DNA of 64,000 bases from the NCBI GenBank assembly GCA_041395785.1, contig JAWKZZ010000009.1, positions 8,292-72,291 of the forward strand, in the 5' to 3' direction. The position numbers and the translations under genes were made by a program. The notes under the pieces are model-generated. The model searched no databases and had not been told where the DNA came from. It saw only the letters and a list, made by a program, of their open reading frames with translations. Shown here piece by piece: positions 1 through 9,265 of the stretch. This DNA comes from Pseudomonadales bacterium. Its GTDB lineage: Bacteria; Pseudomonadota; Gammaproteobacteria; Pseudomonadales; UBA7239. Position 1 is the first letter of the stretch. Each line of letters opens with the position of its first letter.

Positions 1-430
1 CGGCAATAAATCCAAACAGACGCACATTTTTGTGCAGGTCTTTTAAGTCAAATTCGTATTGCTCGTTTTCTTCTAAATCAAATAGGCGGAAGCGTTGAAA
101 ATCAGACACCAGCACATATTTGGGGAGATCGCGCTCGGCAATGCCAGGGAAGTAATCCAAGGCTTGCGTGTAGGCTTTGTCGAGATTTTTGCCGCGTGAT
201 TTGTGTTCAACCAGCAGTACACCTTTCCAAAACAAATCAATAAAGCCTTGTTTGTCACCCAATTTTTTAACGGGTTCTTCAAAAGAGGCTACGCGTTTGC
301 GGCTGATGCCAAAAATGTGAAAGAAGCCATCCCAAAATGATTTGGCTTCTGCATCCTCTGATATTTCGTTTTCCCATTCTTTAGAGAAGGCGAGGGAGCG
401 GCTTTTGATTTCATTCCAACTTAATGGCAT
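1..430 (-). CDS. MmeI-family type IIL/IIG restriction-modification enzyme, N-terminal part only (gene continues past window start)
   Basis: Own translation of the minus strand from ATG 430-428: MPLSWNEIKSRSLAFSKEWENEISEDAEAKSFWDGFFHIFGISRKRVASFEEPVKKLGDKQGFIDLFWKGVLLVEHKSRGKNLDKAYTQALDYFPGIAERDLPKYVLVSDFQRFRLFDLEENEQYEF... It is open to position 1, which is why the ORF track lacks it. D65-X9-E75-X-K77 fits the D-X9-EXK nuclease motif described for MmeI. Confidence 0.7.
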   Translation of the reverse strand, partial: MPLSWNEIKSRSLAFSKEWENEISEDAEAKSFWDGFFHIFGISRKRVASFEEPVKKLGDKQGFIDLFWKGVLLVEHKSRGKNLDKAYTQALDYFPGIAERDLPKYVLVSDFQRFRLFDLEENEQYEFDLKDLHKNVRLFGFIA

Positions 431-455
431 GTGGGTTCCTTGTTGGTGAAAAGCA

Positions 456-606
456 ACCCCTCCCTAACCCTCCCCTTATCAGGGGAGGGAATTGGCGTAC
501 CCTCCGATTCGGGTTCGGAGGAGGTTGCCAATTTCCCCCCTGATAAGGGGGGATTGAGGGGGGTTAGATTTTCTCCTCGAATAAGGGGGGATTGAGGAGG
601 GTTAGG
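456..606. repeat. Cluster of G/C-run palindromic repeats (REP-like intergenic element)
   Basis: The motif ATAAGGGGGGATTGAGG(G/A)GGGTTAG occurs twice in direct orientation (about 543-567 and 581-605). A shorter inverted relative, CTAACCCTCCCCTTATC, lies at about 463-479. Small hairpins are present: CCCTCCCC-TTATCA-GGGGAGGG (about 469-490), CCTCCGA-TTCGGGT-TCGGAGG (about 501-521) and CCCCCC-TGATAA-GGGGGG (about 535-552). The region is non-coding and sits between two convergent-ended genes. Confidence 0.6.
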
Positions 607-626
607 TTTCTTCTTCGCATGATCAT

Positions 627-653
627 AAAAAAACAGGCCGCTGTTGCGGCCTG
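627..653 (-). terminator. Rho-independent terminator of the ETF-QO gene
   Basis: The minus strand reads CAGGCCGC-AACA-GCGGCCTG followed by TTTTTTT, starting 9 nt after the stop at 662-664. Confidence 0.7.
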
Positions 654-661
654 TGTCGGTG

Positions 662-2305
662 TTACATGTTCGGGTAATTCGGCCCGCCTGCGCCTTCCGG
701 CGTGACCCAGTTGATGTTTTGTGCGGGGTCTTTGATGTCGCAAGTTTTGCAATGCACGCAGTTCTGGCCGTTAATTTTGAATTGCGGTTTGCCATCCAAT
801 TCCACCACTTCGTAAACACCGGCAGGGCAGTAGCGTTGCGCGGGTTCGTCGTACAGCGGCAAGTTGCGCGCAATCGGCAGCGAAGGGTCGGTCAAACGCA
901 AATGGCAGGGCTGATTTTCTTCGTGGTTGGTGTTGGATAAAAACACCGAAGACAAGCGATCGAAAGTCAGTGTGTTGTCAGGCTTGGGATAGTTGATTTT
1001 CGCGCATTCGTTGGCAGGCTTCAGCTGCGCGTAATCCGGTTTTGGATCACGCAGTGTCCAAGGCAGGTTGCCGTTGAAAATATTGATATCAAAGAAGGCA
1101 TAAGCCGAGCCGATAATGTTGCCGAACTTGTGCTGTGCAGGACCAAAGTTGCGCTGCATCCACAATTCTTGATACGCCCAAGAGGCTTCGTAGCTCTTGG
1201 TGTATTCGTCTAATTCGTCACCAGATTTGCCAGCCGCCAACGCGGCAGCTACTGTTTCAGCGGCAATCATGCCGGATTTCATCGCCGTGTGATTGCCTTT
1301 GATTTTGGCGAAGTTCAGCGTGCCTGCATCGTCGCCGATCAACAAACCGCCCGGAAACGACATTTTCGGTTGTGATTGCAAGCCGCCTTTGACGATGGCG
1401 CGCGCGCCGTAGCAAGTGCGTTTGCCGCCTTCGAGATATTGGCGAATCACAGGATGCGTTTTGTAGCGCTGGAATTCTTCAAACGGGCTGACATGCGGGT
1501 TTGAGTAAGAGAGATCGGTAATCAAACCCACGGCCACTTGATTGTTTTCCAAGTGGTAGAGGAAACCGCCGCCAGCCGAGCCGCTTTCGGTCAGCGGCCA
1601 GCCTGCGCTGTGTACCACCAAACCCTGCTTGTGTTTATCGGCAGGCACGTCCCAAATTTCTTTGATGCCGATGCCGTAGTGCTGTGCATCTTTGCCGGCA
1701 TCCAATTTGAAATTGGCGATCAGTTGCTTGCCGAGATGCCCGCGGCAGCCTTCGGCGAACAGTGTGTACTTGCCGTGCAATTCCATGCCAGGGGTGTAGC
1801 CGTCGGTGGGTTGGCCGTCGTGACCCACGCCCATATCGCCGGTGATGATGCCTTTCACCGCGCCGTTGTCGTGATACAGCACTTCCGCAGCAGCAAAGCC
1901 GGGGAAAATTTCCACGCCCAACGCTTCGGCTTGCTCAGCCAACCAGCGGCACAGGCGGCCGAGGCTGATGATGTAGTTGCCTTCGTTGTGCATGGTTTTC
2001 GGTACGGCAAAGCCAGGGACTTTGATGCCTTTGCTGTCGTTGAGCATCATGTAGATGTCATCGCCAGTCACCGCAGTTTCCAGCGGCGCGCCGTCGGCTT
2101 TCCAGTTGGGGAACAGTTCGTTCAAGGCTTTGGGTTCGAATACTGCACCGGAGAGAATATGCGCGCCAACTTCGGAGCCTTTTTCCACTACCACCACAGA
2201 TAGCTCGGGGTTCAACTGACGCAGGCGGCAGGCGGCAGACAGCCCAGCAGGGCCTGCGCCGACGATCACGACGTCAAATTCCATGGATTCTCTTTCAACG
2301 GTCAT
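662..2305 (-). CDS. Electron-transfer flavoprotein:ubiquinone oxidoreductase (ETF-QO)
   Basis: ORF 662..2326. It has an N-terminal FAD fold (FDVVIVGAGPAGLSAA) and a C-terminal 4Fe-4S cysteine cluster (YCPAGVYE...CVHCKTCDIKDP). The length is typical. ATG at 2305 (MTVERESMEF) is preferred over the TTG at 2326. Confidence 0.95.
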   Translation of the reverse strand: MTVERESMEFDVVIVGAGPAGLSAACRLRQLNPELSVVVVEKGSEVGAHILSGAVFEPKALNELFPNWKADGAPLETAVTGDDIYMMLNDSKGIKVPGFAVPKTMHNEGNYIISLGRLCRWLAEQAEALGVEIFPGFAAAEVLYHDNGAVKGIITGDMGVGHDGQPTDGYTPGMELHGKYTLFAEGCRGHLGKQLIANFKLDAGKDAQHYGIGIKEIWDVPADKHKQGLVVHSAGWPLTESGSAGGGFLYHLENNQVAVGLITDLSYSNPHVSPFEEFQRYKTHPVIRQYLEGGKRTCYGARAIVKGGLQSQPKMSFPGGLLIGDDAGTLNFAKIKGNHTAMKSGMIAAETVAAALAAGKSGDELDEYTKSYEASWAYQELWMQRNFGPAQHKFGNIIGSAYAFFDINIFNGNLPWTLRDPKPDYAQLKPANECAKINYPKPDNTLTFDRLSSVFLSNTNHEENQPCHLRLTDPSLPIARNLPLYDEPAQRYCPAGVYEVVELDGKPQFKINGQNCVHCKTCDIKDPAQNINWVTPEGAGGPNYPNM

Positions 2306-2413
2306 TGGCTGAACCTCGGGAAGCAATAAAAAAGGGGTTAAGAAAGGACGCTTATTTTACCGGTATCGGAAGGGTGATAGAAGTCCCTATAAATTCAGAG
2401 CAAGAAGGGTAGA

Positions 2414-2842
2414 ATGAAATCGAGATCTATTTACGAAGAGCATGAAATGACGGGTTTGATGAAACAAATTGCATGCAGTCAACCGATGCTGGGTGACGAT
2501 GCAGACAGCAATGCGTTCGAGCATGAAAGTGCGGGGACGACGCTGGTTGAGAAACAGAAACCGCGCTTGCACAAGCCGCGGCTGTATCGTGTGGTGATGT
2601 TAAACGACGATTACACGCCGATGGATTTTGTGGTGCAGGTGTTGGAAGTGTTTTTTCACATGAACCGCGAGCAGGCAACGCGCATTATGTTGAAAGTGCA
2701 TGTGGAAGGTCGCGCCATTTGCGGCGTCTTTACGCGCGATATTGCTGAAACCAAAGCAGAGCAGATCAACCAGTATTCTTCGGAAAATGAACACCCGTTA
2801 TTGTGTCAGATAGAGCCAGACAGCAGTAAAGACGACGAATAA
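2414..2842 (+). CDS. clpS: ATP-dependent Clp protease adaptor ClpS
   Basis: The core [64 protein letters not shown] is canonical ClpS. The gene lies directly upstream of clpA. The true start may be an internal Met, because 142 aa is long for ClpS. Confidence 0.9.
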   Translation: MKSRSIYEEHEMTGLMKQIACSQPMLGDDADSNAFEHESAGTTLVEKQKPRLHKPRLYRVVMLNDDYTPMDFVVQVLEVFFHMNREQATRIMLKVHVEGRAICGVFTRDIAETKAEQINQYSSENEHPLLCQIEPDSSKDDE

Positions 2843-2877
2843 TCGACAGTGACCAAAACAACGGCGAGGCCATCAAC

Positions 2878-5154
2878 ATGTTAAGCAAAGATCTCGAAGT
2901 CACGCTGAATCGCGCTTACAAAGATGCACGATCGAAGCGCCATGAATTTATGACCGTGGAGCATTTATTGTTGGCGTTATTGGATAACGATGCCGCCACC
3001 GCTGTGTTGCGCGCCTGCTCTGCAGACTGTAATAAATTGCGCAAACATTTAGTGGAATTTATCAATAGCACCACGCCCTTGCTGGTGGAAGGTGAAGCCG
3101 AGCGCGAAACACAACCCACGCTCGGTTTTCAACGCGTATTGCAGCGCGCCGTGTTTCATGTGCAATCTTCCGGTAAAACGGAAGTGACTGGCGCCAATGT
3201 GTTGGTGGCGATTTTTAGCGAGCAAGAAAGCCAAGCGGTTTACTATCTGCGCGAACAGGGTATTGCGCGCATTGATGTGGTGAATTTTGTCACGCATGGC
3301 ATTTCTAAAACGGATGGTGGTGAGGAGTCGTCGTCTGAGAGTCGCGAGCAAGATTCCGATGCAGAAGTGCGCTCTGGTGATGAAGGAACTTCCAATAATC
3401 CACTGGAAGCCTATGCCACCAATTTGAACGCGCTGGCGAAAGAAGGGCGCATTGATCCCTTGGTCGGGCGCTTGCAAGAAGTGGAGCGCGTGTCACAAAT
3501 TCTTATTCGTCGTCGCAAAAATAATCCGCTGTTGGTGGGTGAGTCTGGTGTGGGTAAAACCGCCATTGCTGAAGGTTTGGCGCGCTTGATCGTCGATGGC
3601 GAAGTACCAGAGGTGTTGGCGAACAGCACGGTGTACTCCTTGGATTTAGGCTCCTTGCTTGCGGGTACAAAATACCGTGGTGATTTTGAAAAACGCTTTA
3701 AGTCGCTGTTGGCAGAATTGAAAAAACGCGACGGTGCGATTTTGTTTATCGACGAAATTCACACGATTATTGGTGCGGGTGCAGCATCCGGTGGGGTGAT
3801 GGATGCGTCGAACCTGCTCAAGCCACTGCTGACATCTGGCGATATGCGGTGCATTGGCTCGACTACTTTTCAAGAGTATCGCGGTATTTTTGATAAAGAT
3901 CGCGCGCTGTCACGCCGCTTTCAAAAAGTGGATGTGGGCGAGCCTTCCGTTGAAGACACCTATCACATTTTGCGCGGCTTAAAACCGGCATTCGAGAAAC
4001 ATCACAATTTGCGTTACACCGATGCGGCTTTGAAAACCGCAGCAGAAATGGCGGCACGCTATATCAATGATCGTTTTCTGCCTGATAAAGCCATTGATGT
4101 GATCGACGAAGCGGGTGCTTATCAACAGTTGCAACCGGCGAGTAAACGCAAACGCCAGATCGGTGTGCATGATATAGAAACGGTGGTGGCAAAAATTGCA
4201 CGCATTCCGCCAAAACAAGTGTCGTCGTCCGATAAAGAATTGCTGCGCGATTTGGATAAAAACTTGAAGATGGTGGTGTTTGGTCAAGACGAAGCCATTG
4301 ATACCTTGGCAACGGCAATCAAATTGTCGCGCGCCGGTTTGGGTGCGCCAGGTAAACCGGTCGGTTCATTTTTGTTTGCTGGGCCAACCGGTGTCGGCAA
4401 AACCGAAGTCACGCGGCAGCTCGCGCAACTGATGGGTATGGAATTGATTCGCTTTGATATGTCGGAATATTTGGAAGCGCACACGGTATCGCGTTTGATC
4501 GGTGCGCCTCCTGGCTATGTGGGTTTTGACCAAGGTGGTTTGTTGACGGAAGCCGTGACCAAACATCCACACAGTGTGGTGTTGTTGGATGAAATCGAAA
4601 AAGCGCATCCCGATGTCTATAACTTGCTGCTGCAAGTGATGGATCACGGCACGCTGACCGACAATAACGGTCGCAAAGCCGATTTTCGCAATGTGATTTT
4701 GGTGATGACCACCAATGCCGGTGCGCGTGAAGTGAGTCGCGGCAGTATTGGTTTTACGCAGCAGGATCATAGCAGCGATGCCGGAGAAGCCTTGAAGCGC
4801 GTGTTTACGCCAGAGTTTCGCAACCGTTTGGATGCCATTGTGCAATTTGCGCCGCTAGAAAAAACCACGATCAAAACCGTGGTGGATAAGTTTCTTGTGG
4901 AATTGCAGGCGCAACTGGACGACAAAAAAGTCACGCTGGATGTGGACGATGACGCACGCGACTGGCTGGCCGATCACGGCTATGACAAAGCGATGGGCGC
5001 CAGACCGATGGCTTTGTTGATCAAAGATAAATTGCGCAAACCACTGGCGGAAGCCGTGTTGTTTGGCGAATTATCGAAAGCGGGCGGGCGTGTGGAAGTA
5101 ACGGTAGAAAACGGGGAAGTGGTATTGCATATCGAAGAGCTGACTCCCGCTTGA
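2878..5154 (+). CDS. clpA: ATP-dependent Clp protease ATP-binding subunit ClpA
   Basis: 758 aa with two AAA+ modules (GESGVGKTAIAEGLA and GPTGVGKTEVTRQLA), a Clp N-domain, and clpS-clpA synteny. Confidence 0.97.
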   Translation: MLSKDLEVTLNRAYKDARSKRHEFMTVEHLLLALLDNDAATAVLRACSADCNKLRKHLVEFINSTTPLLVEGEAERETQPTLGFQRVLQRAVFHVQSSGKTEVTGANVLVAIFSEQESQAVYYLREQGIARIDVVNFVTHGISKTDGGEESSSESREQDSDAEVRSGDEGTSNNPLEAYATNLNALAKEGRIDPLVGRLQEVERVSQILIRRRKNNPLLVGESGVGKTAIAEGLARLIVDGEVPEVLANSTVYSLDLGSLLAGTKYRGDFEKRFKSLLAELKKRDGAILFIDEIHTIIGAGAASGGVMDASNLLKPLLTSGDMRCIGSTTFQEYRGIFDKDRALSRRFQKVDVGEPSVEDTYHILRGLKPAFEKHHNLRYTDAALKTAAEMAARYINDRFLPDKAIDVIDEAGAYQQLQPASKRKRQIGVHDIETVVAKIARIPPKQVSSSDKELLRDLDKNLKMVVFGQDEAIDTLATAIKLSRAGLGAPGKPVGSFLFAGPTGVGKTEVTRQLAQLMGMELIRFDMSEYLEAHTVSRLIGAPPGYVGFDQGGLLTEAVTKHPHSVVLLDEIEKAHPDVYNLLLQVMDHGTLTDNNGRKADFRNVILVMTTNAGAREVSRGSIGFTQQDHSSDAGEALKRVFTPEFRNRLDAIVQFAPLEKTTIKTVVDKFLVELQAQLDDKKVTLDVDDDARDWLADHGYDKAMGARPMALLIKDKLRKPLAEAVLFGELSKAGGRVEVTVENGEVVLHIEELTPA

Positions 5155-5188
5155 TGTTGAAAGGTGTCTTTATCTGGGTCGGTACTTG

Positions 5189-5246
5189 TGATAAAAATAC
5201 TTTACAAAATTTATAATAAGCGTACTATTGATAAGTATTTTTATCA
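5189..5246 (+). promoter_or_regulatory. Putative hipBA operator/promoter: perfect 14-nt inverted repeat flanking a TATAAT box
   Basis: TGATAAAAATACTT (5189-5202) and AAGTATTTTTATCA (5233-5246) are exact reverse complements. TATAAT lies between them at 5212-5217. The right arm abuts or overlaps the first ATG of the HTH gene. Confidence 0.45.
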
Positions 5247-5497
5247 TGTCGGCATGTATGGACTTCCAGTCACTCGGACAGCAAATTAAGCAATTGCGCA
5301 GTGAGCGCGGTATGTCTCAGCAGATGCTGGCGGATCAGGCTGGCATTTCTCGTGTCACCTTAGCGGCGCTGGAAGCTGGGCGCGGCGGGGATGTGGGCGT
5401 GCGCAAGGTGATGAGCGTGCTCAATTTGTTGGGGTGCGAACTGGCGGTGAGAGCGAAGTCGCCTTTTCCTACTTTTGAGGAATTGCGTGATGGCTAA
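5246..5497 (+). CDS. hipB: XRE-family HTH antitoxin (HipB-like)
   Basis: The HTH is LRSERGMSQQMLADQAGISRVTLAALEAG. The gene is small and its stop overlaps the hipA ATG (ATGGCTAA). The start is ambiguous: TTG 5228, ATG 5246 or ATG 5258. Confidence 0.75.
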   Translation: MSACMDFQSLGQQIKQLRSERGMSQQMLADQAGISRVTLAALEAGRGGDVGVRKVMSVLNLLGCELAVRAKSPFPTFEELRDG

Positions 5498-6650
5498 TGC
5501 CTTGAATGTCTATGTGCATCAACGACCAGTGGGTGAGCTGTTTTTGGAAGGCGGAAAGACTGTTTTTCGTTACCACAGCAGCGTCAACGCCGAGGATTTT
5601 GTGTCGCTTACTATGCCAGTGCGTGGGCGCGATTATGTGCACGATCATCTGTTCCCGTTATTTGAAATGCATCTGCCGGAAGGGTATTTGCTGTCAGTGA
5701 TCAAACGGCATTTTAGTAAATTGGCCACCACGGATGATTTCGGATTGCTAAAACTGCTGGCGCCAAGTGTGGAAGGGCGTTTGAGTTATGCATCAAGTCA
5801 GCTGCCTTTCGATACGCTATCGCTGGATGAGCTGTTACAAGCAACGGGAGAAAGAACTTTATTTGACGAGTTGGTAACGCGCTTTGCTTTGCGTTCGCCA
5901 TTAAGTGGCGTACAGCCAAAAGTGCTTGCGCATTTGCAAGGTAAAGCAGCGCTGCAGTTAGGTAGTTACATCGTAAAAGCATGGGGAACTGATTACCCAC
6001 AACTGGCGTTGAATGAATATTGGTGCATGCGTGTGTTGCAAGCAGCCAAGATTCCGGTGCCTGAGTTTTATTTGAGTAGCGATGCTGCGTTGTTTGTCAT
6101 GAAGCGATTTGATTTAACAGCAGACGGCTGCGCGCTGGGCTTTGAGGATATGTGTGTGTTGCAGGCGCGCCAGCGTGATGACAAGTACGCAGGAAGCTAT
6201 GAGCAAGTGGCAAAAACAATCAAAACATTTGTTGCGCCTGCTACCAAAGCTGCTGCGTTAGCTCAGTATTTTAAGATGATAGTGTTAAATCAGTTATTGC
6301 AAAACGGCGATGCGCATCTTAAAAATTTTGGTCTGGTGTATGAAGGTGTTGACAGTGTGTGCCTTGCACCAGCTTACGATGTGGTGAGTACAACGGCATA
6401 TCTACAAAACGATCTCTCTGCGCTGACTATGATGGGCAGTCGTAAATGGTGGACGCGTAAGCATTTGTTGCAGTTTGGTGCGAGTGCTTGTGATCTCACA
6501 TTGAAAGAAGCGAGCGTTTTATACGATGATTGTTTACAAGCTATCGCGCAGATCGAAAGTGAAGTGAGTGCTGCGTGCCTCAGTGAAAGTGACGCAGACG
6601 CTAGGCATGTGTTAGAGCATTTACTGGGTTTGATGAGAAAAGCTATCTAA
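5490..6650 (+). CDS. hipA: HipA-family type II toxin (Ser/Thr kinase)
   Basis: It shows HipA N-terminal coupling region features (VGEL...F.Y), then SGVQPKV and GDAHLKNFG motifs typical of the HipA C-terminal kinase domain. ATG 5490 (MANALNVYV) is preferred over the 5475 start in the ORF track. Confidence 0.85.
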   Translation: MANALNVYVHQRPVGELFLEGGKTVFRYHSSVNAEDFVSLTMPVRGRDYVHDHLFPLFEMHLPEGYLLSVIKRHFSKLATTDDFGLLKLLAPSVEGRLSYASSQLPFDTLSLDELLQATGERTLFDELVTRFALRSPLSGVQPKVLAHLQGKAALQLGSYIVKAWGTDYPQLALNEYWCMRVLQAAKIPVPEFYLSSDAALFVMKRFDLTADGCALGFEDMCVLQARQRDDKYAGSYEQVAKTIKTFVAPATKAAALAQYFKMIVLNQLLQNGDAHLKNFGLVYEGVDSVCLAPAYDVVSTTAYLQNDLSALTMMGSRKWWTRKHLLQFGASACDLTLKEASVLYDDCLQAIAQIESEVSAACLSESDADARHVLEHLLGLMRKAI

Positions 6651-6695
6651 AAGATGAGGGCGATAACTTGAGGTGCCAAGCTGAGGAGCTGTTCC

Positions 6696-6914
6696 TCAGC
6701 GTGCGCGGTAAGTGATGCGACCTTTGCTCAAATCGTAAGGCGTAATTTCTACTTTGACTTTGTCGCCGGTCAGAATGCGGATATAGTTTTTGCGCATCTT
6801 GCCGGAAATATGTGCCATCACGGTGTGGCCATTTTCCAGCTTCACTTTGAAAGTCGTATTGGGAAGGGTGTCGACCACCTCGCCTTCAAACTCAATACAG
6901 TCTTCTTTCGACAT
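6696..6914 (-). CDS. infA: Translation initiation factor IF-1
   Basis: 72 aa: [72 protein letters not shown]. This is near-canonical IF-1. Confidence 0.97.
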   Translation of the reverse strand: MSKEDCIEFEGEVVDTLPNTTFKVKLENGHTVMAHISGKMRKNYIRILTGDKVKVEITPYDLSKGRITYRAR

Positions 6915-7039
6915 CTATATACCTCATGGCGTAATCACCGAGTGTCTCGCGGGCAGGAGGCCCAACGCAGCGGGCGGCATTTTGCCGCAAGTATCGTGCT
7001 AAATCAAAGGAGGGATGGCATAATGCGCGCCCCTTTTCT

Positions 7040-7124
7040 GCGAAAGTGGCGAAATTGGTAGACGCACTGGATTTAGGTTCCAGCGGGGCAACCCGTGAGA
7101 GTTCGAGTCTCTCCTTTCGCACCA
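7040..7124 (+). tRNA. tRNA-Leu (anticodon TAG)
   Basis: GCGAAAGTGGCGAAATTGGTAGACGCACTGGATTTAGGTTCCAGCGGGGCAACCCGTGAGAGTTCGAGTCTCTCCTTTCGCACCA. It has a 7-bp acceptor stem (GCGAAAG/CTTTCGC), an anticodon stem CTGGA/TCCAG with loop TTTAGGT, a long variable arm, a GTTCGAGTC T-loop and an encoded CCA. Confidence 0.93.
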
Positions 7125-7169
7125 ACCCCTTTTCTTTACATAATCCTTGAACAATGAGGTTGATTGATC

Positions 7170-8495
7170 ATGCAAGTGTCGGTTGAAACCGTATCGATTT
7201 TAGAGCGCCGTATGACGGTGGGTTTGCCTGCAGTAAAAATTGATGCCGAAGTGGACAAGCGCCTGCAAAGCGCGGCTGGCAGTGTGCGTTTAGACGGTTT
7301 CCGTCGCGGCAAAGTGCCGATGAAAGTGGTGCGTCAACGCTTTGGCTTGGGCGTGCGCCAAGAAGTGTTGGGCGAAATGATCAATAAAGCCTATTTTGAA
7401 GCGGTACAGCAAGAGAAGTTACAGCCTGCTGGTATGCCTTCTATTGAAGCCAAAGGCGAAGATGAGGCGGGTAAAGACTTCGAATTCGTGGCGACCTTTG
7501 AAATCTTCCCTGAAATCACACTGGGTGACATGAGCAAAGTTTCCTTGGTGCGTTTGGAAGGCTCTGTTTCAGATGCCGACCTCGATAAAACCATCGATTC
7601 CTTGCGCCAACAACAAGCGCGCTTTGAAGTGGTAGAGCGCGCTGCGCAGAAAGACGATCAAGTCGTAATCGACTTTGAAGGCTTCAAAGGCGGCGAACCA
7701 TTTGCCGGTGGCAAAGGCGAAAACACACCGCTGACTTTGGGTTCTGGTCAGATGATCCCAGGCTTTGAAGACGGCATCGTCGGCATGAAAGCCGGTGACG
7801 AAAAAACCTTGGCGCTGGCGTTCCCAGATGACTACCACAGCGAAGAGCTGAAAGGCCAAGCGGTGGAGTTCAAGATCAAAGTGCACAAAGTATCTGAGAA
7901 GAAGTTGCCAGAGTTGAATGACGAGTTCTTCAAGCACTTTGGCGTGGAAGAAGGCGGCTTGGAAGCTTTCCGCGCGGAAGTGACTAAGAACATGGCGCGT
8001 GAAATGAAGAATGCCGCGCTGAATAAGCTGAAAACCAATGTGGTAGATGAGCTTCTGAAGTTACATGAGGTTTCAGTGCCTAAGGCATTGATTGGTAACG
8101 AAATTAATGCCATGAGAAATCAGATGTTGCAGCAATTTGGCGAGATGGCCAAGCAGATTGATGCTGCTTCTATCTTCCCTGATGACATGTTTGCCGAGCA
8201 GGCGAAAAAGCGTGTCACCACCGGTTTGATTTTTGCTGAAATCATCCGTCAGCACGATATCAAGTCCGACCAAGCCCGTGTGCGCAGCAAGGTTGAAGAG
8301 CTGGCGGAAGGCTATCGCGAGCCGAAAGAGGTGATCGAGCATTACATGGCAAACAAACAGCTGTTGTCTGGCATTGAAAACATGGTGCTGGAAGATTTGG
8401 TGGTCGAGCTGGTATTAGGCAAAGCCGCGGTAGAAGATCGCAAAGCGAGCTACCAAGAAGTGGTCAGTAAAGCTGAGGAAGCCGACGGCGAGTAA
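7170..8495 (+). CDS. tig: Trigger factor
   Basis: The N-terminus [20 protein letters not shown] is typical, with an FKBP-type PPIase middle domain. tig-clpP-clpX-lon synteny supports the call. ATG 7170 is preferred over TTG 7164. Confidence 0.95.
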   Translation: MQVSVETVSILERRMTVGLPAVKIDAEVDKRLQSAAGSVRLDGFRRGKVPMKVVRQRFGLGVRQEVLGEMINKAYFEAVQQEKLQPAGMPSIEAKGEDEAGKDFEFVATFEIFPEITLGDMSKVSLVRLEGSVSDADLDKTIDSLRQQQARFEVVERAAQKDDQVVIDFEGFKGGEPFAGGKGENTPLTLGSGQMIPGFEDGIVGMKAGDEKTLALAFPDDYHSEELKGQAVEFKIKVHKVSEKKLPELNDEFFKHFGVEEGGLEAFRAEVTKNMAREMKNAALNKLKTNVVDELLKLHEVSVPKALIGNEINAMRNQMLQQFGEMAKQIDAASIFPDDMFAEQAKKRVTTGLIFAEIIRQHDIKSDQARVRSKVEELAEGYREPKEVIEHYMANKQLLSGIENMVLEDLVVELVLGKAAVEDRKASYQEVVSKAEEADGE

Positions 8496-8550
8496 TGCGC
8501 GTTGTCGGATAAGCTACACTGCGCCGAGTATTGAGACAGGAAAAGACACA

Positions 8551-9183
8551 ATGAACGACAGGATTATTCAATCTCCACAAAATGTTGGTTTGATCCCGAT
8601 GGTGATCGAACAGACGGCTCGCGGTGAGCGGTCTTTCGATATCTACTCGCGCTTGCTGAAAGAGCGCGTCATTTTCTTGGTGGGCCCTGTGGAAGATTAC
8701 ATGGCCAACTTGGTGGTGGCGCAGCTGTTGTTTTTGGAAGCGGAAAACCCCGATAAAGACATTCACCTGTACATCAATTCTCCAGGTGGTTCGGTTACGG
8801 CGGGTATGTCGATCTATGACACCATGCAGTTCATCAAGCCGGATGTCAGCACTATGTGTATCGGCCAAGCCTGCAGCATGGGTGCATTCCTGTTGGCTGG
8901 TGGTGCGAAAGGCAAACGCTACTGCCTACCTAACGCGCGCACCATGATTCACCAACCTAGCGGCGGTGCACAGGGTCAGGCGACAGATATCCTTATTCAT
9001 GCTGAGGAAATCATCAAAATTCGCCATCGCTTGAATGAAATCATGGCATCACATACCGGCCAGCCAGTAGAAACTATTGCGCGCGAAACCGAACGCGACA
9101 ACTTTATGAGTGCGGAACAATCCAAGGCGTTTGGCTTGATTGACGAAGTGCTCGATCGTCGTGTACTGGCGACCGTTAAGTAA
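8551..9183 (+). CDS. clpP: ATP-dependent Clp protease proteolytic subunit ClpP
   Basis: It contains [18 protein letters not shown], the catalytic Ser context [14 protein letters not shown], and IHQPSGG. Confidence 0.97.
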   Translation: MNDRIIQSPQNVGLIPMVIEQTARGERSFDIYSRLLKERVIFLVGPVEDYMANLVVAQLLFLEAENPDKDIHLYINSPGGSVTAGMSIYDTMQFIKPDVSTMCIGQACSMGAFLLAGGAKGKRYCLPNARTMIHQPSGGAQGQATDILIHAEEIIKIRHRLNEIMASHTGQPVETIARETERDNFMSAEQSKAFGLIDEVLDRRVLATVK

Positions 9184-9265
9184 GAAACGGTGCTGCCAAA
9201 TATCGGCGGCACTGCTATCATCCAAGAAAGTGTGAAATTGAAGAAAAGCGTGGTGGAGAGTTGAT

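Noticed and set aside
456-606. Possible CRISPR array
   Set aside because: There are only two direct copies plus one partial inverted copy. Repeat length is irregular, there are no spacer-like unique segments of constant size, and no cas genes are present.
421-873. 150-aa minus-strand ORF (and 564..752, 644..940) spanning the G-rich repeats and the 3' end of the ETF-QO gene
   Set aside because: It runs through the repeat cluster and terminator and overlaps the well-supported ETF-QO CDS out of frame. The Pro/Gly/Ser/Thr-rich low-complexity translation reflects the G/C runs rather than a protein.
1538-2203. Long antisense ORFs inside strongly supported genes (for example 1538..2203 in ETF-QO, 10230..10958 across clpX/lon, 12607..13077 in lon, 44063..44596, 50456..51280 in yejA, 36261..36924 in hsdM)
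   Set aside because: They lie opposite genes with unambiguous conserved motifs. Their translations are low-complexity or Arg/His/Cys-rich, typical of antisense frames, and none has a recognisable domain.
6680-6698. Hairpin CTGAGGA-GCTGT-TCCTCAG between hipA and infA as a bidirectional terminator
   Set aside because: The stem is short, has no flanking T/A tracts, and overlaps the infA stop codon. That is insufficient evidence to annotate it.
7040-7124. tRNA-Leu as an integration hotspot for a genomic island
   Set aside because: There is no integrase, no partial tRNA 3' duplicate and no accessory genes adjacent. Flanking infA and tig are core genes.
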